From positions 1,692 to 65,691 of the forward strand of contig JAPLLS010000035.1 in assembly GCA_026387435.1 (NCBI GenBank): a stretch of DNA of 64,000 bases. Reading direction: 5' to 3'. Source of the DNA: Candidatus Omnitrophota bacterium (GTDB taxonomy: Bacteria; Omnitrophota; Gorgyraeia; Gygaellales; Profunditerraquicolaceae). Positions 26,607 through 36,340 of the stretch are shown here, piece after piece. The stretch's first letter is position 1; each line of letters starts with the position of its first letter. Under the pieces are notes generated by a model that saw only the letters and a program-made list of their open reading frames with translations, made no database searches and was not told where the DNA came from. The translations under genes were made by a program, and so were the position numbers.

Positions 26607-28807
26607 TGCTCTCTTTGGATGTAAATATCGTCTTTGCTCATGCCGTAGTGCCCCTTGGTTCGGCTGGTAATGCCGTAAGTTGTCAAGCCGGAGGCTGCAC
26701 TGCCGGGGGCTCCTGTTCGCTGAATGCCATCAATGATCCCGCTTAAATCATTTATGGGCCATTCCGGACCTGCGGGATTCCTGCGGTACCTGAACGTCCA
26801 CCAGGGGCCAACGGCAATATCATTGGTATAGCGCGAGACCGTAATATCGCCTATCGAGCCGCTAAGCTGGCCCTTAATAGTCCAGGTTTTCAAAAGGCCG
26901 CCCCAATCATATCCTTCTTTTATATACGGGAATTTATCTCTTGAGGGATAATTGTCCAGCAGCACTTGGGCAATATGATAGTTATGGTTTTTCTCGTCTA
27001 CCCAGCCGTAGATCGCTTCTTTTTGCAAATCCTCCGTAGTAGTATCGGGATACAATATCTTATTGGCCGCATTAGCGAAGGTCTCAATGGCGTCCATAAC
27101 ACCTCGCAGAGAGGTTTCTAAATTAACTAAAAGCTCAATGGCCTGGGCTATTTCTGAAGGCCCTGAAGTGGTGGCCCAGTTCAGTTCTCCTTGAAAACGG
27201 CAAGCCTGTATCGCGTGCGAACTGGGAGTGTGCGGTCCTCCGCAATCGTTACAAGGGCAATACACTGACCGGGTACGAAGAGGGCAAGGCGGGCTAATAG
27301 TGCTGTACAAATCCCCGTGGCCGCATAATCCTAATGAATATAATTCCGGATTGCAAGAGCAATAATTCCCAAACCAGGTGCAAGTATGGAAGGGGCAGCA
27401 ATAACATATGCATTGCCCGGAATCGTTGTATTTACAACAATACGTGCTGGCGCACTCATACGCGTCCGTACCTGTACCATTAAGGCAATCGCCATTAGGC
27501 AGGGGAACAATATTGCTGACATCAGCATTGATCATCTCCAATTGAGTGCGCCAAGCCAGGATCCCATTTGTTGTGGGGTTTCCATACACTACTTCATACA
27601 ACCTTCCATAGATGGTGTCAGGGTCATGGGGATTATCCTTATTATACCAAATTGGCAACCAGTCACCAAGAGTGGGGATCCGGCCAGAGACCGGGAGGTT
27701 GAGTAACTCCATGTCCCTGAGCAGGAATCCGCGCAACACCTCACTAACTTGCCCAATCTCTTGGTTGGTCCAAGTTACATAGCCGGCATATACCGGAGCA
27801 GCGAGCAGCCTAGTAGTCAATTCAGTGAATTTCTGGGGCAAGAATCCTGTGTTGGCGTTGCCGGTTATAAGCTGCCAAAACCATTGCCAAATATCCGTAG
27901 GCTCATTTGCGGTGACATGCGAAATTATTCTTACTATCTGTTTATCTGGAACAGCCCAGTCAGGGCAAGCGCCGTCGTCACAAGTTATATGCAAGGCGTC
28001 TACTTTTAAAGAAACCTCGGTATACATCCATGTTGTAGTGTCCCATTTATTGAACTCAGTGACCTTTACCAGGTTGTTGATAAGCAGCGCGATCTCCGGG
28101 CCTAAACCCGCTTCCGTTACCTTGCGATGGCGATCAGCCCAATACCAGCAAACATAACGGGGCACCTCTTGCTTCCCCTTCAAAATAGGGGCTTCGGGCG
28201 TATTGGTTAAATCGTATATATATGCATCGTCTACTATCAACACCCCATTTTTATCATAGTGGGATGCCAGTATGTACTGGTATACGTCTTCGGATTTTAG
28301 TGTCGCACGTTCTTGATCCGTCTGGGCCTGCTCAAGCATGGAGCCTATAGCACCCTCCCTGAGGGAGGAATATTCGGTCATTTGCGCGGCCGCATTCGAG
28401 AATCCGGCTTTCATAAGAAAATTAATTTCGCCCCAAAGTGGATTGGCGACCAGTATTAGTATTCCTAAGCTCAACGGCCGGCTCCAAAACGCAAGAACAA
28501 GAGCTAACAATACTCCAAATAGAGGGAGGATCAACCCCCAATTAAAACATACGAGTTGTGTGTCACCGATCATACCGCAACCAAACCCGGTAGCGAGTTT
28601 TCGTCTCAAAGTATCCCGTAACTCATTGATATACTGCGACCACTGCGAAGCCAGTTGCAAAGTGCCGCTGTCCGCGATCTGGGAGGTGGAAGTTTTGATA
28701 TCGCTGACTTTGCTGATATTGATGAGGACTATGGTTAAAAGGATTATGACCGCGATAAAGATGGTGATGATTACCACTACCTGGCCGGGAGTCTTTTTGG
28801 TTTTCAA
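26603..28807 (-). CDS. TadG-like pseudopilin/adhesin with a Cys-rich insert
   Basis: KKTPG|QVVVIIT, TM helix, QIADSGTL (Tad N-domain-like); 17 Cys in about 97 aa. Confidence 0.65.
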   Translation of the reverse strand: MKTKKTPGQVVVIITIFIAVIILLTIVLINISKVSDIKTSTSQIADSGTLQLASQWSQYINELRDTLRRKLATGFGCGMIGDTQLVCFNWGLILPLFGVLLALVLAFWSRPLSLGILILVANPLWGEINFLMKAGFSNAAAQMTEYSSLREGAIGSMLEQAQTDQERATLKSEDVYQYILASHYDKNGVLIVDDAYIYDLTNTPEAPILKGKQEVPRYVCWYWADRHRKVTEAGLGPEIALLINNLVKVTEFNKWDTTTWMYTEVSLKVDALHITCDDGACPDWAVPDKQIVRIISHVTANEPTDIWQWFWQLITGNANTGFLPQKFTELTTRLLAAPVYAGYVTWTNQEIGQVSEVLRGFLLRDMELLNLPVSGRIPTLGDWLPIWYNKDNPHDPDTIYGRLYEVVYGNPTTNGILAWRTQLEMINADVSNIVPLPNGDCLNGTGTDAYECASTYCCKYNDSGQCICYCCPFHTCTWFGNYCSCNPELYSLGLCGHGDLYSTISPPCPLRTRSVYCPCNDCGGPHTPSSHAIQACRFQGELNWATTSGPSEIAQAIELLVNLETSLRGVMDAIETFANAANKILYPDTTTEDLQKEAIYGWVDEKNHNYHIAQVLLDNYPSRDKFPYIKEGYDWGGLLKTWTIKGQLSGSIGDITVSRYTNDIAVGPWWTFRYRRNPAGPEWPINDLSGIIDGIQRTGAPGSAASGLTTYGITSRTKGHYGMSKDDIYIQREQ

Positions 28808-28860
28808 GGTGAACTCCTTTTGTTTGGATGCATCAAGATCTTTTTTAAACGATATAATAA

Positions 28861-28935
28861 TAGCCCCAACCGGATTTGAACCGGTGTTTAGTGGCTGAGA
28901 ACCACGCGTCCTGGACCAGGCTAGACGATGGGGCC
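28861..28935 (-). tRNA. tRNA-Glu(CTC)
   Basis: GGCCCCATCGTCTAG ... TT-CTC-AG ... GGTTCAAATCC ... GGGGCTA cloverleaf; no encoded CCA. Confidence 0.95.
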
Positions 28936-28969
28936 CAATCTTCAGGTAATAATTTAATTTTTCTAAGTT

Positions 28970-29035
28970 ATTGTACTATCAGGGGTATCCTTAGTCAATA
29001 AATTTATTGACCTTGGGCCCCGGGTATTATATACT
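28970..29035. promoter_or_regulatory. Back-to-back sigma70 promoters (tRNA-Glu/tadG on minus, FIST operon on plus)
   Basis: Minus TTGACT-17-TACAAT (28970-28998); plus TTGACC-17-TATACT (29007-29035). Confidence 0.65.
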
Positions 29036-29090
29036 CAGTATGAATACGCAGTTAAACTAATAGATTTTAAACCAACATCTTTGCAAAATA

Positions 29091-30302
29091 ATGCTGGATA
29101 TAGGAATCGGCTTCAGCCTCGAAGATAATTCTTTCCTGGCTGCAGAAGAAGCGATCAAGCAGGCTAAAAATCAGCTGAATAACAGCGAAAAAATAGATCT
29201 TTGCCTGGTATTCAATTCCTACGATTTTTCGGCGGCCGGAGCGATCAGGGGTTTCAACGCCCTGCTCAGGGATGTCCCGATAATCGGCGCTTCGGGTCCG
29301 GCGATCATTTCCGATAAGGGAATATTCAAACACGGCATAGCGGTGATGTTATTGGGCTTCCCCGACGGCGCTTACTGCCGGGTCGCCGCTACCCGGGATA
29401 TTAGCGAAAAAAATCCTTTTAACTGCGGCAAAGAGCTGGCTGAAAAACTGCTTTTGGGTTTTAAAAACATCCCCCGCAACCTGGGGCTGCTTTTTTTTGA
29501 CCAGCAGATAGAAGGCGGGCCTAATTTTATCGCCGGCCTTCAGGATAACCTCGGCAGAGGCTTCCCCTGCATCGGAACATCCCTCTCCAACCAGTACGAC
29601 CCCTCCCACTCCTGCCTTTATCTCAACAATGAGGCGATCAACAACAGCTGCGCGGGTATCCTTTGGGGAGGAAAAACCACTTTCGGAGTCGGGATCAAAC
29701 ACGGCTGGAAACCGCTGGGTAAACCCCATACCGTATCCAGCGCCGTAGGCAACATCATCAACGCCATCGACGGCAAACCGGCAATCGAGATTTATGAAAA
29801 CTACCTGGGCTACGACGCGGCCAAATTGACAAAAGACCTCAGGAAACTCTCGATCTCTTACCCCATAGGCGTTTTTATCCCCGGAGAAAAAGAATACCTT
29901 TTAAGAAGCGTGGTTTCCATAGAACAACGAGGGGCTTTGGTCTGCCAGGGCAGTATCTTGGAAGGCAGCACCATCAGGCTGATGATCTCTACCCCGGAAA
30001 CCTGCTTGGCCGCAACCACTCAGGCCATCGCAGAAGCCAAGAAAAATTTGTCCGGATCGTTGTTCAAACAGGGCATTGTAAGAAATTCCAGATTTGCTAT
30101 TGTATTTAGCTCGATTTCAAGATACAATTTGCTCAGAAGGGACATTAAGAAAGAGCTTAATCTTATCAAGGCCGGGCTCAAAGATACCCGCTTCCTGGGG
30201 ATCTACACCAGCGGGGAACTGGCGCCTATAACCGCCGGCAGTTACCGCGGCCAGATTTATTTTCATAATCAGGATTTCTCTGTTCTAATTATCGAGGGCT
30301 AA
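29091..30302 (+). CDS. FIST N/C domain sensory protein
   Basis: HGWKPLG, IDGKPA, YPIG, SSISR, GIYTSGELAP, FHNQ. Confidence 0.9.
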   Translation: MLDIGIGFSLEDNSFLAAEEAIKQAKNQLNNSEKIDLCLVFNSYDFSAAGAIRGFNALLRDVPIIGASGPAIISDKGIFKHGIAVMLLGFPDGAYCRVAATRDISEKNPFNCGKELAEKLLLGFKNIPRNLGLLFFDQQIEGGPNFIAGLQDNLGRGFPCIGTSLSNQYDPSHSCLYLNNEAINNSCAGILWGGKTTFGVGIKHGWKPLGKPHTVSSAVGNIINAIDGKPAIEIYENYLGYDAAKLTKDLRKLSISYPIGVFIPGEKEYLLRSVVSIEQRGALVCQGSILEGSTIRLMISTPETCLAATTQAIAEAKKNLSGSLFKQGIVRNSRFAIVFSSISRYNLLRRDIKKELNLIKAGLKDTRFLGIYTSGELAPITAGSYRGQIYFHNQDFSVLIIEG

Positions 30303-30305
30303 TCG

Positions 30306-31790
30306 ATGTTCGAAGTTAACACGGTGCTTGCATTTATCGGATTGCTGGTCGTCATCGCTTTGACTTTTTTGCTTCTGTCCAAGGATTCAAAAATGAATTC
30401 CCTTCAGGCCGCGGTGGACAACCTGCAGAGGGCGCTGGACGAAATGGACGAGCAGGCCAAGCTGGTTGTGCGCACCGACATCGAGCTGAATAAGGCCCAG
30501 GAGGAACTGGACCGGAAAATTACCTCCCTCTATACCCTGCAAAAACTTTCCCGGACGATCAGCTCTACTCTCGAAGAAAATCAGATTTTTAAAAAAGTGG
30601 AGCTTAGCTACCTCGCCGACCTGGGCTTCCAAAAGGCCCTGGCATTTCTCTTTGATGAGAAAGAAAATAAATTCTCGCTGCGCTTAAGCCTCGGCTATGA
30701 GGAGGAAGAAGCCGCAAAGATCAAAACATTCATCGACGCGCATAAGGAAACCTACAACGGACTTATCCATAACGAAAAGGCGGTTTCTTCGATAGCCTCC
30801 AGGGAAAACCCCGCCGACACCAAGAGCACCAAAGAAACATTCGGGGTGGTCTCTTTTGTCTTTGCCCCGATCCTGGCCAAAGAAGGCAATCCCGGCCTGC
30901 TTTTTGTGGGCGCGGAAAAAACGGATACGATCATAACCGAAGGCGACGAAGAATTGATCACCATCCTGGCCAATCAGATCGGCCAGGCGCTGGAAAACGC
31001 CCGCCTGTTCGAAAAAACCTGGCAGGCCCACCAGGACCTGGAAAACCGGGTCGAAGAAAGGACCCGCGAGTTATCCCGGGCCCTGGAAGAAGTCAAAAAA
31101 TTAAGCCAGCGCAAGAATGATTTCGTTTCCAACGTCTCCCACGAATTAAGAACGCCGCTGACCTCGATAAAAGGCTACGCCTCGATCCTCTTATCCGGGA
31201 AACTCGGGGTGCTGCCCGAAGAAGTCGGCAAGCGCCTGGCTAAAATAAACAAGCACTCCGATGAGCTGGTCTCGTTCGTCAACGACCTGCTGGACCTTTC
31301 GCGCATCGAAAGCGGCAAGGTCGAACTTAAACTTGCCCCTCTTAACCTGAAGTCTATCGTCGATGAGGTAGCGGATCTGCTGGCCGTGCAATTTAAAGAG
31401 AAACAAATAGAATTTTCCTCTGAATCTCCGGCCGACCTGCCCGAAGTCATGGCTGATTACAGCCAGATAAAAAGGACCTTCATTAACCTGATCAATAATT
31501 CCGTCAAATACACCCCCCAGGGCAAGATCAAAGTCAGCTTGACCCGGCTGGATAAAGAGGTCCAGGTCGATGTCTCAGACACCGGCTGCGGCATGCCCGA
31601 ATCGGCGATGGATAAATTATTCACCGAATTTTATCGGGTGGATTCGGTAATGAACCAGGAGATCAAAGGCACCGGCCTGGGGTTGGCCATGGTAAAAAAT
31701 ATCGTTACCGCGCACAAAGGGAAGATCTGGGTAAAAAGCAAGGTCGGCTCAGGAACGACTTTCAGCTTCACCCTGCCTCAGGCTTATTAA
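30306..31790 (+). CDS. GAF-containing sensor histidine kinase
   Basis: SHELRTPLTSI, NLINNSVKYT, DTGCG, GTGLGL. Confidence 0.95.
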   Translation: MFEVNTVLAFIGLLVVIALTFLLLSKDSKMNSLQAAVDNLQRALDEMDEQAKLVVRTDIELNKAQEELDRKITSLYTLQKLSRTISSTLEENQIFKKVELSYLADLGFQKALAFLFDEKENKFSLRLSLGYEEEEAAKIKTFIDAHKETYNGLIHNEKAVSSIASRENPADTKSTKETFGVVSFVFAPILAKEGNPGLLFVGAEKTDTIITEGDEELITILANQIGQALENARLFEKTWQAHQDLENRVEERTRELSRALEEVKKLSQRKNDFVSNVSHELRTPLTSIKGYASILLSGKLGVLPEEVGKRLAKINKHSDELVSFVNDLLDLSRIESGKVELKLAPLNLKSIVDEVADLLAVQFKEKQIEFSSESPADLPEVMADYSQIKRTFINLINNSVKYTPQGKIKVSLTRLDKEVQVDVSDTGCGMPESAMDKLFTEFYRVDSVMNQEIKGTGLGLAMVKNIVTAHKGKIWVKSKVGSGTTFSFTLPQAY

Positions 31791-31803
31791 AAAGAAGGTA
31801 TTT

Positions 31804-32730
31804 ATGCCACTAAGAGTTTTGGTAGTAGACGACGAACCGGATATCCGGGATGTTCTCAAGATCACCCTGGAAGCGGAGAAATACGAAGTTATCGAGGCGG
31901 AAAACGGCGAAGAGGCGATAAAGATAATCACTCAGAAAACTCCGGATCTGGTATTGCTGGATTACAAAATGCCTAAAATGGACGGCCGGGAGGTCTGCCG
32001 CCGGATCAAAAAAGACATCCTTCTGCGTCATCTGCCGATAATCATGGTCACCGGAAAGGGTGAAATAACCGATAAGGTCGACGGGATCGATGCCGGCGCC
32101 GACGATTATATCGTCAAACCCTTTGAACCGGAAGAGCTTTTGGCCCATATCAAAATGATCCTGCGCCGCACGGAGATCGATCTGGAAGCCAACCCCCTGA
32201 CCCGGCTTCCCGGCAACATTTCCATATTAAACGAACTCAATCAGCGATTGAGCAGCCAGAAACTTTTTGCGGTCTGCTACGTGGACCTGGACAAATTCAA
32301 GGCCTATAACGACACTTACGGGTTTGAACGGGGGGATAACGTCATCAAAGAAACCGCGCGCATCCTTTTACGGACGACCCAGGAACTTGGCAATCCCGAC
32401 GATTTTGTCGGCCATATCGGCGGCGACGATTTTGTGGTGGTTACTTCCATTCCCACCGCGGATGTGCTCTGCCCGGGGATCATCGATAATTTCGACAAGG
32501 CGCTCAAAGAATTCTACAATGAGATCGACTGGAAAAACGGTTATATCACCGCCCATGACCGCCAGGGCGCGGAAATAAAAAACCCCCTCTTGTCGATCTC
32601 CATCGGTGTGGTCACTAATGAATCCCGAAAGATCGAGCACGTGGCCCAGATCGGCGAGATCGGAGCGGAATTAAAAGCTTACGCCAAAAGCCAGAAAAAA
32701 AGCAATTACGTGGTGGATAAGCGTAAATAA
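31804..32730 (+). CDS. Response regulator with diguanylate cyclase (REC-GGDEF) domain
   Basis: VVDDE, LLDYKMP, KPF; NPLTRLPGN, DLDKFKAYNDTYG, GHIGGDDF. Confidence 0.92.
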   Translation: MPLRVLVVDDEPDIRDVLKITLEAEKYEVIEAENGEEAIKIITQKTPDLVLLDYKMPKMDGREVCRRIKKDILLRHLPIIMVTGKGEITDKVDGIDAGADDYIVKPFEPEELLAHIKMILRRTEIDLEANPLTRLPGNISILNELNQRLSSQKLFAVCYVDLDKFKAYNDTYGFERGDNVIKETARILLRTTQELGNPDDFVGHIGGDDFVVVTSIPTADVLCPGIIDNFDKALKEFYNEIDWKNGYITAHDRQGAEIKNPLLSISIGVVTNESRKIEHVAQIGEIGAELKAYAKSQKKSNYVVDKRK

Positions 32731-32735
32731 AAATA

Positions 32736-32798
32736 GGGGACGGTTCTCATTTATTTAAACGGCTCATTCCCGCTTAAAAATAAATAAGAACCGTCCCC
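32736..32798. repeat. Long inverted repeat (REP-like element or bidirectional terminator)
   Basis: GGGGACGGTTCTCATTTATTT ... AAATAAATAAGAACCGTCCCC. Confidence 0.75.
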
Positions 32799-32812
32799 GA
32801 GTTTTTATTTAG

Positions 32813-32897
32813 TGCGAGGAGAGGGAGTTGAACCCTCACAGCTTATACAGCCAACAGCCCCTCAAACTGTCGCGTCTGCCAATTCCGCCATCCTCGC
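32813..32897 (-). tRNA. tRNA-Leu(GAG)
   Basis: GCGAGGATGGCGGAATTGGCAGACGC ... TT-GAG-GG, long variable arm, GGTTCAACTCC. Confidence 0.95.
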
Positions 32898-33036
32898 AAA
32901 TTGTTCAAGGAATATATTCTATTACGTATCAAATCTCCTGGCAAGGGAATTAATTGGTGTAAAAAAATAAGTTTGCAAATTTACCAACAATAAGGCATAC
33001 TTTAATTAGAAATAAGCGTTAAATTACAATCTGGTG

Positions 33037-33127
33037 TTCCTACTGATAAAGGCAAACTAGCAGTAATGCTGGGACGCAAAGCCAAAGGGTCCTAAGAAAT
33101 TTAGGACAGCCTGGCCGCCAAAAGGAA
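33037..33127 (+). ncRNA. Cyclic di-GMP-I (GEMM) riboswitch
   Basis: GGCAAACTAGCA-GTAA-TGCTGGGACGCAAAGCC ... GGTCCTAAG ... TAGGACAGCCTGGCCGCC; G at the position-20 equivalent. Confidence 0.9.
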
Positions 33128-33133
33128 AGACTT

Positions 33134-33171
33134 AAAAGACCCTGAATATTCCTTTTTAGGGTCTTTTTTTT
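33134..33171 (+). terminator. Terminator downstream of the riboswitch aptamer
   Basis: AAAAGACCCTGAA ... TTTAGGGTCTTTT followed by a T run. Confidence 0.8.
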
Positions 33172-33236
33172 GCGCCCGGTATAGTTTGCCAGAGTTTTGG
33201 CAGGTTATACCGGGTTTCTTATTTTCGAGGACTAAA

Positions 33237-33800
33237 ATGGCTAGAAAAAGTCTAAAATCCAGAATAATGATCTTAATGCTGACAGCCAGCCTGGTATTTG
33301 CTTATAAACCTCTTTCCGCGGAAATCACACTCCCCTTACCGACTGCTGGCCTGGGCTACAGCGGGATAACCTTTAGCTCGGCTTCAGCGGACCTTTGGCA
33401 ATACCTCAGGATCGGGCTGAACTATCTGGAAAGCCCAAAGCCGCTACAGCCGCCGGAAGCCGTACCCCCTACTTATATCCACCCTGACTCCCAAGGTTTT
33501 GGAGCATACGGGTTTAGCCCCGGAGCTTACCAGGACGTGCAACGGCTTTATCCTTTTTTTCAAAAATACTCCTGGCAGGAAATAATGAACTCCCCGAAGT
33601 TATACGATCTGGCCAACCAGGCTTTTGCGGACTGGCTTTTAAAGAATCTTAAAGATTATATCCCGGAGGGAGCTTCCAAAGAGGAGATCTTTGATGTTTT
33701 ACATCAAGCCTGGAACCTGGGTTTGAGCGGATTTAAAAACGGAAGGCAAGTAGTTGCTTCGAGGGCCAAAAGAGCGCAAGAATTCAAAGGCCGGCTTTAA
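33237..33800 (+). CDS. Secreted protein, putative lysozyme-like (lytic transglycosylase) fold
   Basis: RBS GAGGA, signal peptide; helix ending YLES, GFGAYGF, late HQAWNLG. Confidence 0.55.
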   Translation: MARKSLKSRIMILMLTASLVFAYKPLSAEITLPLPTAGLGYSGITFSSASADLWQYLRIGLNYLESPKPLQPPEAVPPTYIHPDSQGFGAYGFSPGAYQDVQRLYPFFQKYSWQEIMNSPKLYDLANQAFADWLLKNLKDYIPEGASKEEIFDVLHQAWNLGLSGFKNGRQVVASRAKRAQEFKGRL

Positions 33801-33802
33801 AC

Positions 33803-35488
33803 TTATAACTTCTTCTCGATCTTGGCCCAGGTATCCCGCAAAGTAACCGTGCGCACAAAAACCAATTTTCCCGCAGCGCTGTCCTTGGGATCCAGCGCAA
33901 AATACCCTAATCTTTCGAACTGAAATCTGCTTCCCGGCCGGGCATCTTTAAGGCCGGGCTCCACCGGACACGCAGCTAAAATCTCCAGAGATTTAGGATT
34001 AAGGTTGGCCGTGAATTCCTGGCCCTGCGCTGTTTCGTTAGGGTCACGTTTGGTAAAAAGGGTATCGTACAAACGCACCTCGGCCAAAATCGCGTGGCGA
34101 CAGGATACCCAGTGCAGGGTAGCTTTGACCTTGCGGCCATCCGAAGAATCTCCGCCCCGGGTATTAGGGTCATAAGTGCAGTGGATCTCTTTAATCTTCC
34201 CGGTCGATGCGTCCTTAATTACTCCCACGCATTTGATAAAATAAGCGCAGCGCAAGCGCACCTCGCGGCCGGGAGATAAACGGAAGAATTGTTTCGGCGG
34301 ATCCTCGCGGAAATCATCTTCTTCAATATAAAGTTCCCGGCCAAAGGGAACCTTACGGCTTCCGGCTGACGGATCTTCAGGATTATTGATCACATCCACT
34401 TCTTCGCTTTTACCTTCGGGGTAATTATCGATGATCACCTTGACCGGCCGCAGCACGGCCATGGCCCGGGGCGCGGTTTTATTCAATTCCTCGCGGATGG
34501 AGTTTTCCAGAACATTCAACTCGATAATACTGCCGGCTTTAGCCACCCCGATCTGTTCGCAAAACTTCCTTATCGATTCCGGGCTATAACCGCGGCGCCG
34601 GAACCCGGAGATGGTCGGCATCCGGGGATCATCCCAGCCGCTGACGTATTTTTTCTCCACCAGTTCCAGGAGCTTGCGTTTACTTAAAAGGGTGTGGCTG
34701 ACGTTCAAACGGGCAAACTCGATCTGCTGAGGATGGTGAACTCCCAGCTGGTCAAGGATCCAATCGTACAAAGGGCGGTGCACTTCGAATTCCAAAGTGC
34801 AAATGGAATGAGTGATCCCCTCGAGAGAATCGCAGATGCCGTGGGTAAAATCGTATGTAGGGTAAATACTCCACTTCCCGCCGGTGCGATGATGCGCAAC
34901 TTTCCTGATCCGGTAAAATACCGGGTCGCGCATCAGTAAATTGGGGCTAGTCATATCGATCTTGCCCCGCAGGACTTTGGAGCCATCGGCAAACTCACCG
35001 GCCTTCATCCGGGCAAATAGGTCCAGGTTCTCCTCGACGCTGCGGTTGCGGTACGGGCTTTCCGTGCAGGTTTCGGTAATCGTTCCCCGGGACTTGCGCA
35101 TTTCTTCCAAAGTCTGATCGCAGACAAAAGCTTTGCCCTTTTTGATCAGTTCGATTGCATAGCCGTAGATCTTATCAAAATAGTCCGAAGCGTAATAAAG
35201 ACGATCCTGCCAATCAAAGCCCAGCCAGCGCACGTCTTCCTTGATGGAATTCACATATTCCACTTCCTCGGTCTCGGGATTGGTATCGTCAAAACGCAAA
35301 TTGCAAAGCCCTTTGTAGTCGCGGGCCAGCCCGAAATTCAGGCAGATGCTCTTGGCGTGCCCGATATGCAGATAGCCGTTCGGCTCCGGAGGGAAGCGGG
35401 TATGGACCCGGCCATCGTTTTTCCCCTTAGCCAGGTCTGCGTCGATTATTTCTCGGATAAAATTTCCAGCCGGTTTAGAAATTTCCAT
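33803..35488 (-). CDS. glnS: Glutamine--tRNA ligase
   Basis: [33 protein letters not shown]. Confidence 0.97.
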   Translation of the reverse strand: MEISKPAGNFIREIIDADLAKGKNDGRVHTRFPPEPNGYLHIGHAKSICLNFGLARDYKGLCNLRFDDTNPETEEVEYVNSIKEDVRWLGFDWQDRLYYASDYFDKIYGYAIELIKKGKAFVCDQTLEEMRKSRGTITETCTESPYRNRSVEENLDLFARMKAGEFADGSKVLRGKIDMTSPNLLMRDPVFYRIRKVAHHRTGGKWSIYPTYDFTHGICDSLEGITHSICTLEFEVHRPLYDWILDQLGVHHPQQIEFARLNVSHTLLSKRKLLELVEKKYVSGWDDPRMPTISGFRRRGYSPESIRKFCEQIGVAKAGSIIELNVLENSIREELNKTAPRAMAVLRPVKVIIDNYPEGKSEEVDVINNPEDPSAGSRKVPFGRELYIEEDDFREDPPKQFFRLSPGREVRLRCAYFIKCVGVIKDASTGKIKEIHCTYDPNTRGGDSSDGRKVKATLHWVSCRHAILAEVRLYDTLFTKRDPNETAQGQEFTANLNPKSLEILAACPVEPGLKDARPGSRFQFERLGYFALDPKDSAAGKLVFVRTVTLRDTWAKIEKKL

Positions 35489-35560
35489 TATTGTTTTTAA
35501 AGTTTGTCTAAAAGCGTTTTATTATTATACAACGGTTTTTTGTCTGTCCAACAACAAATA

Positions 35561-36340
35561 TCATCGCTTTTTTAACGCTACAGCCATGCCCACGGCCACA
35601 GTAGCGCCGCTGGTGTCGTCTATAGACTCGACATCGCCGGCATTAACTTCCCCCCACCAGTTAGGAGAATCTTCATAAGGGCGGGAATTAACGAAAAACT
35701 TCTGCTCCAGTATGGAATTCCCCTGAAACAGCTTATTAAAAGAAGCGATATCATAGACTCGCTGATATTTGGTCATCTGTTTTTTCCCGACCGGAGCGGA
35801 TAAAATAAGCCTGCCTCCATATTTAAGGACGCGTAACGCCTCTTTTACCCCCCGGATATCCGCGCCTTCAATCATCTTGGGATCTTTGTAAAATCCGATC
35901 CCCAAATGCTCAATGGTCGACAGGCATACCATTGCGTCAAAAGTTTCATCCGGGAAAGGCATGGTGCAAATATCCCCCTGCTTGAACGTCAGATTCGGAT
36001 GAACATAGGGATATTCCCGAAAATCATATCCGGTTACCCTGAAGCCTAATCCTGCACCCATCAAAGGCATTGGGCTCTCCACGCAGCCAATATCTAAAAT
36101 ACTGACGGCAACGGGTAGAACGCTGAGGTGTTTTATCGCGAAGGGGATCTCCACCACTCTTTCGTTGATAAAAATTTTATTTAATCTTTCCTGCCCTCTT
36201 AAGGCCTTCCAGTTAAATATTCTTTTAAAAGCGAAATAAAAACCAGTGTTCAAAAAATAATTATTGTCCGGGAATTTAAAAGGGCTTTTCAAAGGCTTAG
36301 CCGGAAATGCAACTTTCGTCAGTTTAGGATTTTTATTCAT
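35561..36340 (-). CDS. Class I SAM-dependent methyltransferase (start corrected to MNKNPK)
   Basis: ILDIGC, FDAMVCLSTIEHLG, RVLKYGG. Confidence 0.8.
   Translation of the reverse strand: MNKNPKLTKVAFPAKPLKSPFKFPDNNYFLNTGFYFAFKRIFNWKALRGQERLNKIFINERVVEIPFAIKHLSVLPVAVSILDIGCVESPMPLMGAGLGFRVTGYDFREYPYVHPNLTFKQGDICTMPFPDETFDAMVCLSTIEHLGIGFYKDPKMIEGADIRGVKEALRVLKYGGRLILSAPVGKKQMTKYQRVYDIASFNKLFQGNSILEQKFFVNSRPYEDSPNWWGEVNAGDVESIDDTSGATVAVGMAVALKKR

Noticed and set aside
27195-27495. Multiheme cytochrome or ferredoxin in the Cys-rich segment
   Set aside because: No CxxCH or CxxCxxCxxxC patterns.
33037-33127. c-AMP-GMP-sensing (GEMM-Ib) riboswitch variant
   Set aside because: The specificity position before GCAAAC is G, as in c-di-GMP binders.
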